Shown: one piece after another, positions 10,897-22,703 of the stretch
Layout: each line of letters opens with the position of its first letter
How positions within the stretch are numbered: position 1 is the first letter of the stretch
Assembly: GCA_030141605.1 (NCBI GenBank)
Contig: JAQGDQ010001756.1
Span: 1 to 26,602, forward strand
Length of the DNA: 26,602 nt
Direction of reading: 5' to 3'
Source: Tubiluchus corallicola
Lineage: Eukaryota; Animalia; Priapulida
Position numbers and translations under genes: made by a program
Notes under the pieces: model-generated
The model's input: the letters and a program-made list of their open reading frames with translations, nothing else
Databases searched by the model: none
Told to the model about the DNA's origin: nothing

Positions 10897-13015
10897 TCTC
10901 TACTTGCTACTTGTTTTCAGGTTAATAGATGGCAGCACATGCATAGTTTTCTTAGCAAGTGATTCGTATCACCGTTTTCTACAATGACTGTTATCTCCAG
11001 AAAATGACTCTTTACTTGCTAGTTGTTTTCAGGTTAATAGATGGCAGCACGTGCCTAGTTATCTTAGCAAGTGATTCGTATCACCGTTTTCTACAATGAC
11101 TGTTATCTCCAGAAAATGACTCTTTACTTGCTAGTTGTTTTCAGGTTGACAGATGGCAGCACATGCCTAGTTATCTTAGCAAGTGATCTGCATCACAGTT
11201 TTCTACAATGACTGTTATCTCCAGAAATGACTCTTTACTTCAGTTGTTTTCAGGTTGATAGATGGCAGCATATGCCTAGTTATTTAGTGATTCATATCAC
11301 AGTTTTCACAATGACTGTTATCTCCAGAAAATGACTCTTTACATGCTAGTTGTTTTCAGGTTAATAGATGGCAGCACATGCCTAGTTATCTTAGCAAGAT
11401 TCGTATCACAGTTTTCACAATGACTGTTATCTCCAGAAAATGACTCTTTACTTGCTAGTTGTTTTCAGGTTAATAGATGGCAGCACATGCCTAGTTATCT
11501 TTAGCAAGTGATTCATATCACAGTTTTCTACAATGACTGTTATCTCCAGAAAATGACTCTTTACTTGCTAGTTGTTTTCAGGTTAATAGATGGCAGCACA
11601 TGCCTAGTTATCTTAGCAAGTGATTCATATCACAGTTTTCTACAATGACTGTTATCTCCAGAAAATGACTCTTTACTTGCTAGTTGTTTTCAGGTTGATA
11701 GATGGCAGCATATGCCTAGTTATCTTAGCAAGTGATTCGTATCACAGTTTTCTACAATGACTGTTATCTCCAGAAAATGACTCTTTACTTGCTAGTTGTT
11801 TTCAGGTTGATAGGTGGCAGCACATGCCTAGTTATCTTAGCAAGTGATTCATATCACAGTTTTCTACAATGACTGTTATCTCCAGAAAATGACTCTTTAC
11901 TTGCTAGTTGTTTTCAGGTTGCTAGATGGCAGCACATGCCTAGTTATCTTAGCAAGTGATTCGTATCACAGTTTTCTACAATGACTGTTATCTCCAGAAA
12001 ATGACTCTTTACTTGCTAGTTGTTTTCAGGTTGATAGATGGCAGCATATGCCTAGTTATCTTAGCAAGTGATTCGTATGACAGTTTTCTACAATGACTGT
12101 TATCTCCAGAAAATGACTCTTTACTTGCTAGTTTTCAGGTTAATAGATGGCAGCACATGCTTAGTTATCTTAGCAAGTGATTCGTATCACAGTTTTCTAC
12201 AATGACTGTTATCTCCAGAAAATGACTCTTTACTTGCTAGTTGTTTTCAGGTTAATAGATGGCAGCACATGCCTAGTTATCTTAGCAAGTGATTCATATC
12301 ACAGTTTTCTACAATGACTGTTATCTCCAGAAAATGTCTCTTTACTTGCTAGTTGTTTTCAGGTTGATAGATGGCAGCACATACCTAGTTATCTTAGCAA
12401 GTGATTCGTATCACAGTTTTCTACAATGACTGTTATCTCCAGAAAATGACTCTTTACTTGCTAGTTGTTTTCAGGTTGATAGGTGGCAGCACATGCCTAG
12501 TTATCTTAGCAAGTAATTCGTATCACAGTTTTCTACAATGACTGTTATCTCCAGAAAATGTCTCTTTACTTGCTAGTTGTTTTCAGGTTAATAGATGGCA
12601 GCACATGCCTAGTTATCTTAGCAAGTGATTCGTATCACAGTTTTCTACAATGACTGTTATCTCCAGAAAATGACTCTTTACTTGCTAGTTGTTTTCAGGT
12701 TAATAGATGGCAGCACATGCCTAGTTATCTTAGCAAGTGATTCGTATCACAGTTTTCTACAATGACTGTTATCTCCAGAAAATGACTCTTTACTTGCTAG
12801 TTGTTTTCAGGTTAATAGATGGCAGCACATGCCTAGTTATCTTAGCAAGTGATTCGTATCACAGTTTTCTACAATGACTGTTATCTCCAGAAAATGACTC
12901 TTTACTTGCTAGTTGTTTTCAGGTTGATAGATGGCAGCACATGCCTAGTTATCTTAGCAAGTGATTCGTATCACAGTTTTCTACAATGACTGTTATCTCC
13001 AGAAAATGACTCTTA
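10897..13015. repeat. Tandem repeat, 112-bp unit, ~19 copies
   Basis: TTACTTGCTAGTTGTTTTCAGGTTAATAGATGGCAGCAC...CTCCAGAAAATGACTCT; period measured 12661 to 12773. Confidence 0.97.
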
Positions 13016-13080
13016 CTGGCATATTATCTCTTTGGTGAATTATCCACTCGAAAATAATGCCACTTTTGAAGAAGAAATTT

Positions 13081-13194
13081 CAGTTAGAGGTCTATGGCCA
13101 GAAAATTGCAATTTGATCCACCATGGGTGCCTACGCGGCCCCCAAACCCCCGGCCTGTTTCAGAGTTTTTTGCTATTTGTCATTCTCATCCCTG
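13081..13194 (+). mobile_element. Dispersed repeat end (hAT-like ...CCCTG terminus), copy 1
   Basis: CCCCCGGCCTGTTTCAGAGTTTTTTGC.ATTTGTCATTCTC.TCCCTG matches the reverse complement of ~24586-24726. Confidence 0.6.
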
Positions 13195-13320
13195 CACATA
13201 TGAAGAAGTAAATTATTCCAACACTTAACTGAGGCAAGAAAAAAGAATTAGCAAAAGCAGTTGATTGGCAGGTGTAACTTAATAAAATCTTCATTGTGTT
13301 GAGAATTTAAAGATATTTAA

Positions 13321-13503
<183 letters not shown>

Positions 13504-13510
13504 TGATGGT

Positions 13511-13980
13511 AAAAGGGGTAGCTGAAGTAGGTTTCAGAAAATCGCTTTAAAAATTCTATTATTTTATAGCAATCTTATGCGTACATCGTACTTGTGTTGA
13601 AAATCAATTTTTGTTTGTTTTCATTTTAAATTTCCGCAATATTGTCCCGACCGCGCCATTACCTGGCATTACATACGCACAAGGTAAATAAGGGGATGAA
13701 AAGGAAATGTTAAATTATGTCCCAAAAACTTTCCATGCAAATCTATATTACTTAGCATTTTGCTTACCTGCTGGAAAGACTTATGTAACTAGAAAAGAAA
13801 ATTATTAATTATTTAAAATGCTTTCAACAATTGGCAAAATTTTGCTGACCTACCCTCCAGGGTGCGCCACTCGCTAACCAAAAACGGATTTTTAATCTTG
13901 TTGACAAGATATGGTAATTTTAAATTTACTCAGTTAGTAACATGTGTTACGAATGCTCTGATTATTTTTCAAACTTTACT
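13511..13980 (+). mobile_element. Dispersed repeat, copy 2 of 1012-1491
   Basis: Colinear, diverged match; both copies stop matching after TTCAAACTTTACT. Confidence 0.65.
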
Positions 13981-14059
13981 CAATGTTCTGGCCCTGATAA
14001 ACAATAAAAAACAAACAACATTTCCTCTACATTCTGATTCTGCTAGCTTTCATCTAGAG

Positions 14060-14493
14060 CAGGTGTGTGCAAATTTTCTGACTAGCCGGAACACATTAAA
14101 CTTTCCCGCAATTCCTGTGGGCCACACTGCAGTTTGGTCAAGGAGCCAAGTACAGAAAGGCCTGATAACGATTTTTTTGCATCCGATTTATGCACATTAT
14201 CACTACTGCAGTACTACACTCAAGAAACTATTTTAGAATTGATTAAAATTTATATTAAGAACCGTATATTTCGTCATGTCCGACAGTGACATTAAGTGAC
14301 AACGGTCTTGTAAGGGTTAATGCCATCCGATTTAGAGGAAAAAACTACCCGCACTATCTTTGCAATATTGACTCAGACTTCAGCTGGATCGCGTGGGCCG
14401 CACGTTCATTACGTTGATAAACCTCTTCGTGGGCCGCACAAGATCTCTCGGCGAGCCGCAAGTGGCCCGCAGGCCGCAGTTTGCACACCCCTG
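14060..14493. mobile_element. hAT (Charlie-like) MITE
   Basis: TIRs CAGGTGTGTGCAAA / TTTGCACACCCCTG; 8-bp flanks ATCTAGAG / ATCTAGCA (6/8 match); subterminal GGGCCGCA repeats. Confidence 0.85.
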
Positions 14494-14555
14494 ATCTAGC
14501 ACTAATTGGTAATGCGCAATTGATACAGATACTGTTGAGTTAATATCTTTTGCAG

Positions 14556-14671
14556 GAACCAATGACAAAGCCGGGGGACCACATTACCTTCTGAGATGGG
14601 CGTCGCCCCAGGCGATCAAGGAAACCCACGTACCTCTCCGAGAGTGGAAGTATCCGTACATGGAAAACTAA
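14556..14671 (+). CDS. ALDH4A1: ALDH4A1 last coding exon ((G)TNDKAGGPHYLLRWASPQAIKETHVPLREWKYPYMEN*)
   Basis: tcttttgcag| acceptor, phase 1; SGTNDK.GGPHY.LRW motif; TAA at 14669-14671. Confidence 0.96.
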
Positions 14672-14899
14672 AACATCCGCTTGCTCAAGTGTCAATCAAA
14701 GATTTTTAATTTCACGTGATTGGATTACTTTCACGATTTCCCTGCAGATGGTGCTAGCTGTTTTGTTAGACGGGGAAATCGTGTTGTCAGTGTGTCTGCA
14801 ACCAAATTTATTTTCTACTCTTTATTCAAGAGTAACTTCCTCTTTTCTCGTGAATACGATAAAGTTTTGCGTCCGTAAAACCGAAACTGGATGTTGTGT

Positions 14900-14983
14900 G
14901 ATTGATGATTGATTGTTGTTGATGATTGATTGATTGATTATTATTGATTTGATTGATTGATTATTGATTGATTGATTGATTGT

Positions 14984-15061
<78 letters not shown>
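14900..15061. repeat. (GATT)n microsatellite
   Basis: Direct reading. Confidence 0.96.
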
Positions 15062-15064
<3 letters not shown>

Positions 15065-15151
15065 AAATGCAAATTGTTGCTTGTTTCCGAAGGTCGCCAT
15101 TTTGGCGCTGGACCTAAATTCGCCGTTTACCATTTTTAGCCTCAAACTTGC

Positions 15152-15240
15152 CCAACGTTCCAGTTTCTGATCTTTGTCTATTGTGTCCATGTGCGACCAA
15201 CGTCCAGTTTCTGATCTTTGTCTATTGTGTCCATGTGCGA
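15152..15240. repeat. Local ~45-bp tandem duplication
   Basis: CCAACGT(T)CCAGTTTCTGATCTTTGTCTATTGTGTCCATGTGCGA occurs twice in a row. Confidence 0.9.
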
Positions 15241-15314
15241 TGTTTGTTCAGTATGTTTCACATCATGCACCAAAGTTACGTGTTTGTCAGCTGAACGCAT
15301 CATATTGACTAACG

Positions 15315-15617
15315 GCATGTTTAGATTAACAAGTTAACTAAACCAAGTAGCTCGCAAGTGTGTTAGACTAGAGAGTAAAACTTGCTCTGAGAGTTACTTT
15401 CCGACAGTAAGCTCCTGCTGACACTCACCTCTCTCTATTCGCGGCGAGAAGTGTCGAGAGTAACTAGTCACGTTCACACTGCTTTACTGCTAACTCGCAA
15501 GAGCTGTTGGAGAGTTTGCAGTAATTTGGTGACGGTAACTCACAAAGCTGTTCACACTTGCGAGTTTGGTGTCAGAGAGAAAACTCACGTCAGAAAACTC
15601 GCTAATCTGAACTCGCC
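15315..15617 (+). mobile_element. PIF/Harbinger-like element, right-end fragment related to 4452-4745
   Basis: Shares AAGTA.CTCGC.AG.GTGTT.AGACTAGAGA..AAAACTTGCTC with ~4576-4620; ends TCTGAACTCGCC, roughly the inverse of GGCCCAGTTCACA. Confidence 0.5.
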
Positions 15618-16310
15618 ATAAGGCCAAGTGAACTTTAATAGTCCTCTCTGTACTTTGGTTTGCACTGTTATCAATAGATGGTGCAAGTGTTATCAGGACT
15701 CAGTCAGTGTGGCGCCATCTACTGCAAAATGAAACAACGATTTTTTAAAACATGTAGTTGAATTTACCTTTTAACAAGTCATTTTTATGTGATGAACGGC
15801 AGATTTGCCAAATTTTACTTTTCGTTTGTAGAGGTAGAATTTTAGTTTAGCCAAGTTTTTGATGTTGTTGAACATAATTTTGTTTGTTGTTTTTTCTTAT
15901 GTTTTAAAGAATTAGCATTAGATTTGTATAGATATGAATTTAATAAGCATCTTGGCCGGCAGGCTAAATTGATGTTGCAGTGGTATTGCAATTAAAAATG
16001 TAAAAATTGGAGTCGGATAAGTAGGTTATCGCAAGGCGAATTTTCTAGAATGCTCCGTGTGTATAAATGTGCCAAGGTTATCATGTCCCACAATGCCGTG
16101 CAGAAAATGGAACGCGGCATTGTGGAATGGCAGACTTGTAAAATAATTTCGTCACTTTTGTGATGAGAATGTTAAAACATGTTAAAAGATGTAACATTAT
16201 CGGTGCAGTCAGAGTAGCTGAAGGTCTGATTCTGTTTAATTTTTAAATTGTATTTTTTTCATAAAGTTTTGTGTGCATGTAGTAGGCGATTATGATTTAG
16301 GAGTATAATA

Positions 16311-16877
16311 CAGATTAGATCAAGTTACTTAAGATTAGATCAAGTTACGGAGTAGATCAAGTTACTTAAGATTAGATCAATTTACAGATTAGATCAAGTG
16401 ACTTAAGATTAGATCAAGTTACGGAGTAGATCAAGTTACTTAAGATTAGATCAGTTTACAGATTAGATCAAGCTACTTAAGATTAGATCAAGTTGCAGAT
16501 TAGATCAAGTTACTTAAGATTAGATCAAGTTGCAGATTAGATCAAGCTACTTAAGATTAGATCAAGTTACAGATTAGATCAAGTTACTTAAGATTAGATC
16601 AACTTACTCAAGATTAGATCAAGTTACTTAAGATTAGATCAAGTTACAGATTAGATCAAGCTACAGATTAGATCAACTTACTCAAGATTAGATCAAGTTG
16701 CAGATTAGATCAAGTTACTTAAGATTAGATCAAGTTACAGATTAGATCAAGTTCCTTAAGATTAGATCAAGTTACGGAAGATTAGATCAAGCTACTCAAA
16801 ATTAGATCAAGTTACAGATTAGATCAAGTTACTTAAGATTAGATCAAGTTACTCAAAATTAGATCAAGTTACTTAAG
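16311..16877. repeat. Minisatellite of mixed 17- and 20-bp units AGATTAGATCAAGTTAC(TTA)
   Basis: Direct reading; 17- and 20-mers often alternate. Confidence 0.95.
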
Positions 16878-16993
16878 TTTACTTTCTTAATACTTGTTTT
16901 TTGTGTTTTCTTGTAATACTTAATGATGTTGCCACCACTTTCATATAACCGGTGAAAAACGATATAGTATTTTATGGTTATGTCTTTAATTAA

Positions 16994-17327
16994 TAGGGGT
17001 GAGCATCGAATGCTCGAATTCGATTCGAACGAGTTTTTTTAGTTCGAACTCGATTCGAATCCAAAACTATAGATTCGAATAATTCAGCACTTCAATCACA
17101 TATGTTCCTGATCACTAAAACGATTGAAACATCATGCAATTAGCATAATTTAGTTGTGATTTCTGCACACAACTTTAAGCAAATTACTAGTCGTTTTATT
17201 GCAGAACAAAATCTAGTGATATGCATGATCTTTGTAAGACTAATTTTTACTGGTGGTTCGAAAACTTATTCGAAAATCTTTCAATCTCAATTCGGATTCG
17301 CTTTCTAGTAGAGAGTGCTCACCCCTA
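16994..17327. mobile_element. hAT-type MITE
   Basis: TIRs TAGGGGTGAGCA / TGCTCACCCCTA; 8-bp TSD TTAATTAA / TTAATTGA; clustered TTCGAA subterminal motifs. Confidence 0.85.
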
Positions 17328-18870
17328 TTAATTGATGGTTTCTGTTATGTTTTCTACTATCATAACTGTTGCTACCTACATTATATCATCTGTTGTTCAT
17401 TGTTGTTATAGCAGTCATAGACGTTTGTAGTTTTCACAAGGAAAATAAAGAAAATTTGTACTGTTATAAAAACAAGCCAGTTCGCTTTTGCATTTTGAGT
17501 AATAGTGTTTATTACTGTTGTTTTACTTCCTACGTTAAACATTATAGCTGCCATTACTCAAAGAAATGTTAATCCACCTTGATGAATTCTAACTCTTGAA
17601 GGAAGACAGTACTACCACATCATCAAGTCCGATAAAAAGTATACATTTTAACACAATTAATATTGCAAAAGCGTTTCTGGTAATTAAATAATGGATTTCA
17701 AACTAATTAATGGCAGGCGAGTTCAACTATTGGTGACATCACAAACTAACATAATTTTCGACAGGTAAATATTCCACAAACGTGTTTGTGACAAAGAAAA
17801 TTCAAACATTACAGTACTGCTGTAAGATATTTAGTTTATTGTACTAAAACTAGACAAGTTTTAAGATGAAAATTCAAATTTCAAATTACCACTGTGCTCA
17901 CGCATGAACTGTTGAACGTATGAAGTACGTCAGAAACTAACACATCTGAACTGAGAGGTGCAGTACCTGTTTTTTGTGTTATGCTTTTTCGAAATGCAGA
18001 CACTTTAGCCCATCTAGCTAGTGAATGGCGAAATGCACGTAACAGTTAAGAGCTATTGGCGCAAATGCGAAATTGCATTTGTGCGGTAATAATTCTTTCA
18101 CGTAAGGCGTGTTTGAAAAAATAATTTATACTTCAATACAGTTTACAGGTATTGTCACCTCAAGTGAAAAATTCTAAGTTAAATATAAATAGTTTAATTA
18201 TAAAAAATTGCAATCACTCTATGGCAAATATAATTTAAATGCAACTCTTAGCGAAGCTTATCTTGATCACCCGCGGAATCAATACCAAAACACCAAAATG
18301 ATCCCATACGTGTGACTAACATTGCTTATTTAATTTTTTACTGACCAACTTTCTCATTCAAAAATTTCTAAAGTTTAGTATCTCTACTTTAGTCTACACA
18401 CAGTCTTACCACGAGACCATATTGCATAAATAAACGTGGCACAGTCAGTGGCACTGCCTATTTAAACCAGTGATTTGCAGTGTCACGTGATTATCGCAAG
18501 AGCGAAAATCTTCGCAGCTGGCAAAAATGTCGGCTTGCTCGGCTCCCATCACGAACGGCTGGCAGGACTAAAGCTGGGTTTCTTATCGGCTAGATCGACT
18601 GTAGAAATAAACCGGCTGGAGCTCAGTTGAAACGGCGCAGCTCTGGGCTCTATGCATGTATTGGAATTTTTCTTGAATTTAATTGAGGGTACAGTTTTTA
18701 AAAGAACAATTTTTGTGGTAGAGAATTTCATAGCTAAGGTAGTTAGAGGGAAAAAACTTGATTGATGAGCACTTATAAAAGATGCCTCACTGATTCACAA
18801 ATGCTCAACAGGGAGAGGGGGGGCTCTAATTTTGGCTGAACTAATCAAAAACGTGATTTTCTTGATTCAC

Positions 18871-19048
18871 TGAAAGTCTGATTATTTTTAATTTTTAAAT
18901 TGTATTTTTTCCATAAAGTTGTTATAGCAGTCATAGACGTTTGTAGTTTTCACATAAAGAGAATTTGTACTGTTATAAAAAAAAGCCAGTTACTTTTTCA
19001 TTTTGTGTAAGAGTGACTATTACTGTTGTTTTACTTCTACGTTGAACA
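18871..19048 (+). repeat. Composite direct duplicate of 16219-16268 joined to 17402-17540
   Basis: TGAA.GTCTGATT...CATAAAGTT is followed directly by GTTATAGCAGTCATAGACGTTTGTAGTTTTCAC...CTACGTT.AACA. Confidence 0.85.
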
Positions 19049-19629
19049 ATGAGAATGGAGTAAAAAATTATCATTTGCAGCAAATTTATTGCAAAGTAGA
19101 ACAAGTCAATAAGTGGACCATAGTTCAAAGGCTAAACAGGTACCAGTACTGCCGCACTGTTCGTTTCAATGATTTTGCTTAGATCTTCTCCTAGTCAATG
19201 TTGCTTGAGAAGGCTGCTAAAAGATGTGCTTAGGTGTGATAAAACTGCACTGTTTTGATACGTGATGAAGACCAGCATTGTATCAAACGGTTTCTGCTAG
19301 CGACCAATATTTCATTGCATTGCAACTGTAATTTTGTTTATTAATCCACTTTCCATTATTGAAATCAACAAGACATACAGTAACAGTCACAATACAGCCA
19401 AAATTTTTGTTTCAGAACTACGTAATCTATCAACAAGAAGCAATTGTTGCCAAAAGGTTGAGAAGCTAAGCTCGTAAAACATTAGTTTAGGTCGCTGTTA
19501 GCGAAATACACCTAAAGGTTTTTTCTAATTTTTTTATCCTAATTCTGTTCTATCATAACAATGGTTAACTATGTTTTTTATTGCAATTTGGTTTACATTT
19601 CTACTAGTAGACGGCAGAACAAGCTAACC

Positions 19630-19943
19630 TACGAATCAAGATGGCCGCGTCCGTGACTGAGCTTTTTTGCCCACATTTTAAAGTACATGAATTTTCTTTC
19701 CAGTTAATTTTAATTAACCTTTCGTCCTTTTTGTGTTATTGTAACTTAATCAACTTTATTCCGATCGTGATATTTGCGTTTTGTGCGCCATGATATTAGC
19801 ACTAAGCAAACGCAACTTTGCTCAACTTCCTCATCATTCGTGTCTCCCTTAGAAATGCAATTATACCGTTCTCGTTTTCCTTCACGATAAAATCGCTTTT
19901 TTGAACAAATCACTACTTATTTAGCATTTTATTTCTCGTAAGT
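19630..19943 (+). promoter_or_regulatory. Candidate promoter / non-coding first exon of GAPVD1
   Basis: YY1-like CAAGATGGCCGC at 19637-19648, locally CpG-richer sequence, and a GTAAGT donor at 19938, upstream of the first coding exon. Inference only. Confidence 0.4.
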
Positions 19944-20217
19944 ATTAACCTGGCACCCACGAAAAGCTGAGCATTTGGCTGATCCAAATCTTTAGTTTCA
20001 ACTTTCAAGAGTTTATTTCCACACTGCATCCCATAATAGTCACTATAATTATCCAATAAAGTAAATACAATATAGTCCAGATAATCCAATTAAATCTATT
20101 ATCTTTCTTCCTACGACTTCCACTAACACATTCTTCTACCCTTCCTGTGTGATCTAACCTTTCTCCCAGTTCTTTTTTTTGTTCACTCATCCATTCTTTT
20201 TTATCAGGTTCACATGA

Positions 20218-20405
20218 CAGTGGGCTTATACACACCTTTGCTTCTCTAGCCCATTGCAGTACAATTATTCTTTTATGATAACGATAGTGTATGAAACATA
20301 ACAATTTAATACAGTATGATGTAATAATTTTGATGTCACTGTGTGCTTAAAGTCATTATATTGTGCTGAAGGTGATAATAATAATAAATAAATAATAAAT
20401 AAACG
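20218..20405 (+). mobile_element. Possible LINE 3'-UTR remnant (stem-loop plus AAT-rich tail)
   Basis: TGGGCT...AGCCCA hairpin enclosing CTTATA...GCTTCT, followed later by (AAT)n/(AAAT)n. Confidence 0.3.
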
Positions 20406-20645
20406 AATAAAAAGTCTTTAGTAGCTAGCGTATACATGCGCAAATTACAATACGCAATAATTTTGATGCATGCACTTTGAATCTTTAGCTTAATAAGCCA
20501 AACCGGACGTGAAATCCTAAAAAGAAATAATCAGTAAGATAATTGTAATGTATACATTGGCGAGGGGAGTCGTGAGTCAAAGACGAAATGGAGCGAGAAC
20601 TGAAAAAACGTGATCATTGTTCAAAAGTGTTCAGGTTATCAAGTA

Positions 20646-21130
20646 CCGTATATATTCGCATATAAGCCGAATTTAGAACTATAAAATACAATACTGAAAT
20701 CAGGGGGTCGGCTTATATGCGCGTGAAACAAAATGAACGCAAGGACAGACACTAATGCCAATTTTCCATCCACACATTTTCATCGCTATCTGACTCTTTA
20801 TTTGGTTGTGTGTCCAGTGGTGTATTGGAGGGTGATTTTGGGTGTGTCTAATTTTTTTTTAGAAAAAATTCACATATCAATAAATTTCTTCTATTTGTAT
20901 TCATAAAAGTAAGCATTTTACATCTTTATAGTAAAAAATTTCTATGAACCAAAAATACCCAATTAACAAAATGTGACAAAAAGGGATCAATTTTGTTGAT
21001 TGGGTATGGAGTAAAATTAGACAAGTTGATGGTCGGCTTATATACGGGTTTTTGCAAAAACTGGCCATTTTAAAGCAGTTTTAGGGGGTCGGCTTATATG
21101 CGATGTAGGCTTATATGCGAGTATATACGG
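20646..21130. mobile_element. Tc1/mariner-superfamily (Tc2/pogo-like) non-autonomous element
   Basis: TA|CCGTATATATTCGCATATAAGCC ... GGCTTATATGCGAGTATATACGG|TA; internal GGTCGGCTTATA repeats. Confidence 0.9.
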
Positions 21131-21514
21131 TAAATGCAAATCAAAATGTATTTAATTCCTCTTGTTGATTATTAAACCAAAGTGTTTTTATCATTTCATA
21201 ACAATTTTCACCTGTATTTCACATAAAATCTAAATGCAATTTTTAGTTTAATCAAGATTGACCTTATTTTGTTGCCCGCTAATTAAACTACATGTATGTT
21301 CTTTTCTCAGGATTATATAGAAAATGTCATAATTTAAAAAATTACTAATGTTTCCTGAATTAAACTGATAACATTAATGCCCACTAGTGTCTAAAAATCA
21401 TTTTATCTATATGCGGTAAAGGATAGCAGACTAGGTGACTTTATAGTCTTTTCGCTATCCTTTCTCTAGTTCTAGATCTATCTATTCATTTTAACCATTT
21501 TTCAAAACTTATTA

Positions 21515-21646
21515 GAGTATGAATTATGAATTTATTCCACAGCAACTCAAACATGCATATAAATTGATATAACATTGAAAAAAATAAACTATGCGAGTTA
21601 CTGTGAGGAGGAGGAAGGAGCATTAAGCTTTCGAGTCCTCCTCCAG
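21515..21646 (-). mobile_element. Possible LINE 3'-end remnant with stem-loop
   Basis: - strand GGAGGAGGACTCGAAAGC...GCTCCTTCCTCCTCC hairpin, then AATAAA and an (ATTCAT)-like tail. Confidence 0.35.
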
Positions 21647-21931
21647 ATAAGTGAAACAGAGTTCTTTTATTAATCATGCTTTATTGTAGCATTATAAAGA
21701 GATGAATAAATTGAAATTGAATTGAATTGAAAAATTGAATTGTGTAGCCTGTTAGTTAAACTTGAGTTGAATTAAATTATTTAGTACATTATTAGATGTC
21801 TGGTTTGAATGAATTGACCCTGCATCGTTCTCATTTTTCTCATTTTGAAAAAACGTGACCATGGTTGAAAAGTGTTCAAGTTATCAAGTAATGTTTAGCC
21901 TGTAAAGTTGAGTTGAATTAAATTATTTAGT

Positions 21932-22155
21932 ATTCAATTCAAATGTTTATTTATCTCTAATATAATATTTATAGCGCAAATACAGCAAATTATGTAAAGC
22001 ATGTAGAGATGGGGTGGCGAAAGACCAGGAGGTCATCGAGTCAGCCACCCCTATATAACTTAGAAATATTATAAAGCATGGCAGACTACATGGTCATCGA
22101 GTCTGCCACCCCTATATAACTTAGAAATATTATAAAGCACGGCAGACTACATGGT
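21932..22155 (-). mobile_element. Possible LINE 3'-end remnant with stem-loop, partly tandem-duplicated (61 bp x2)
   Basis: GGGGTGGC...GACC...GGTC...GCCACCCC hairpin at 22011-22051; - strand AATAAA plus TTGAA tail; unit repeats at 22031 and 22092. Confidence 0.45.
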
Positions 22156-22601
22156 TAAGTGAATAAATACGTGGTTAGGTCTTAAGTGTAGCAAATAAAC
22201 AAATGCAAAGCAGTTATATTATAATTATATCAATGGAAAAACAGCAAGCAAATAATGCAGTTAAAAATTCAAACAACAACTGAACAAGTCATGAATGCAA
22301 CAACAAAAAAGCAAGCAATCTGGTTAAATCATAAATGCAGCGAGTGAACTAAAATGCAGAAAATAAACGAAAATGTAGTTAAATAATGAATGCACAACAA
22401 GAAAAATACAAAAGAAAGAAAATTTGTGCAGTAAGTATTAAATGTAATAAATGAATAAAAGCAATCAGTAATCATAATGTGACAAATTAATAGATGTACA
22501 TTATTAGATGTCTGGTTTGAATGAATTGACTCTTCCTGCGTCGGTTTCATTTTTCTCATTTTAATTACAGTTGTTTATAGCCCATTAAGGCGTATTAAGC
22601 G

Positions 22602-22703
22602 ATGCAGTGGCAGGAGGAGCTGTTGGAGTTGTCACGGCAACTGAAGCAGGAGCATCTTTTCATCACCTCGGAGCGTTTTCATCTGCAGCAACTGTTTGAC
22701 GAG
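22602..22703 (+). CDS. GAPVD1: GAPVD1 (Gapex-5/RME-6) first coding exon, + copy (MQWQEELLELSRQLKQEHLFITSERFHLQQLFDE)
   Basis: Acceptor AGs at 22570 and 22580, ATG at 22602, |gtaatt donor; resembles the recalled GAPVD1 N-terminus (L..HLKQERLYVNSEKQLIQRL). Confidence 0.82.

Noticed and set aside
17690-18870. Possible gene or element downstream of ALDH4A1
   Set aside because: No recognisable peptide, exon chain or terminal repeats; left uncalled.
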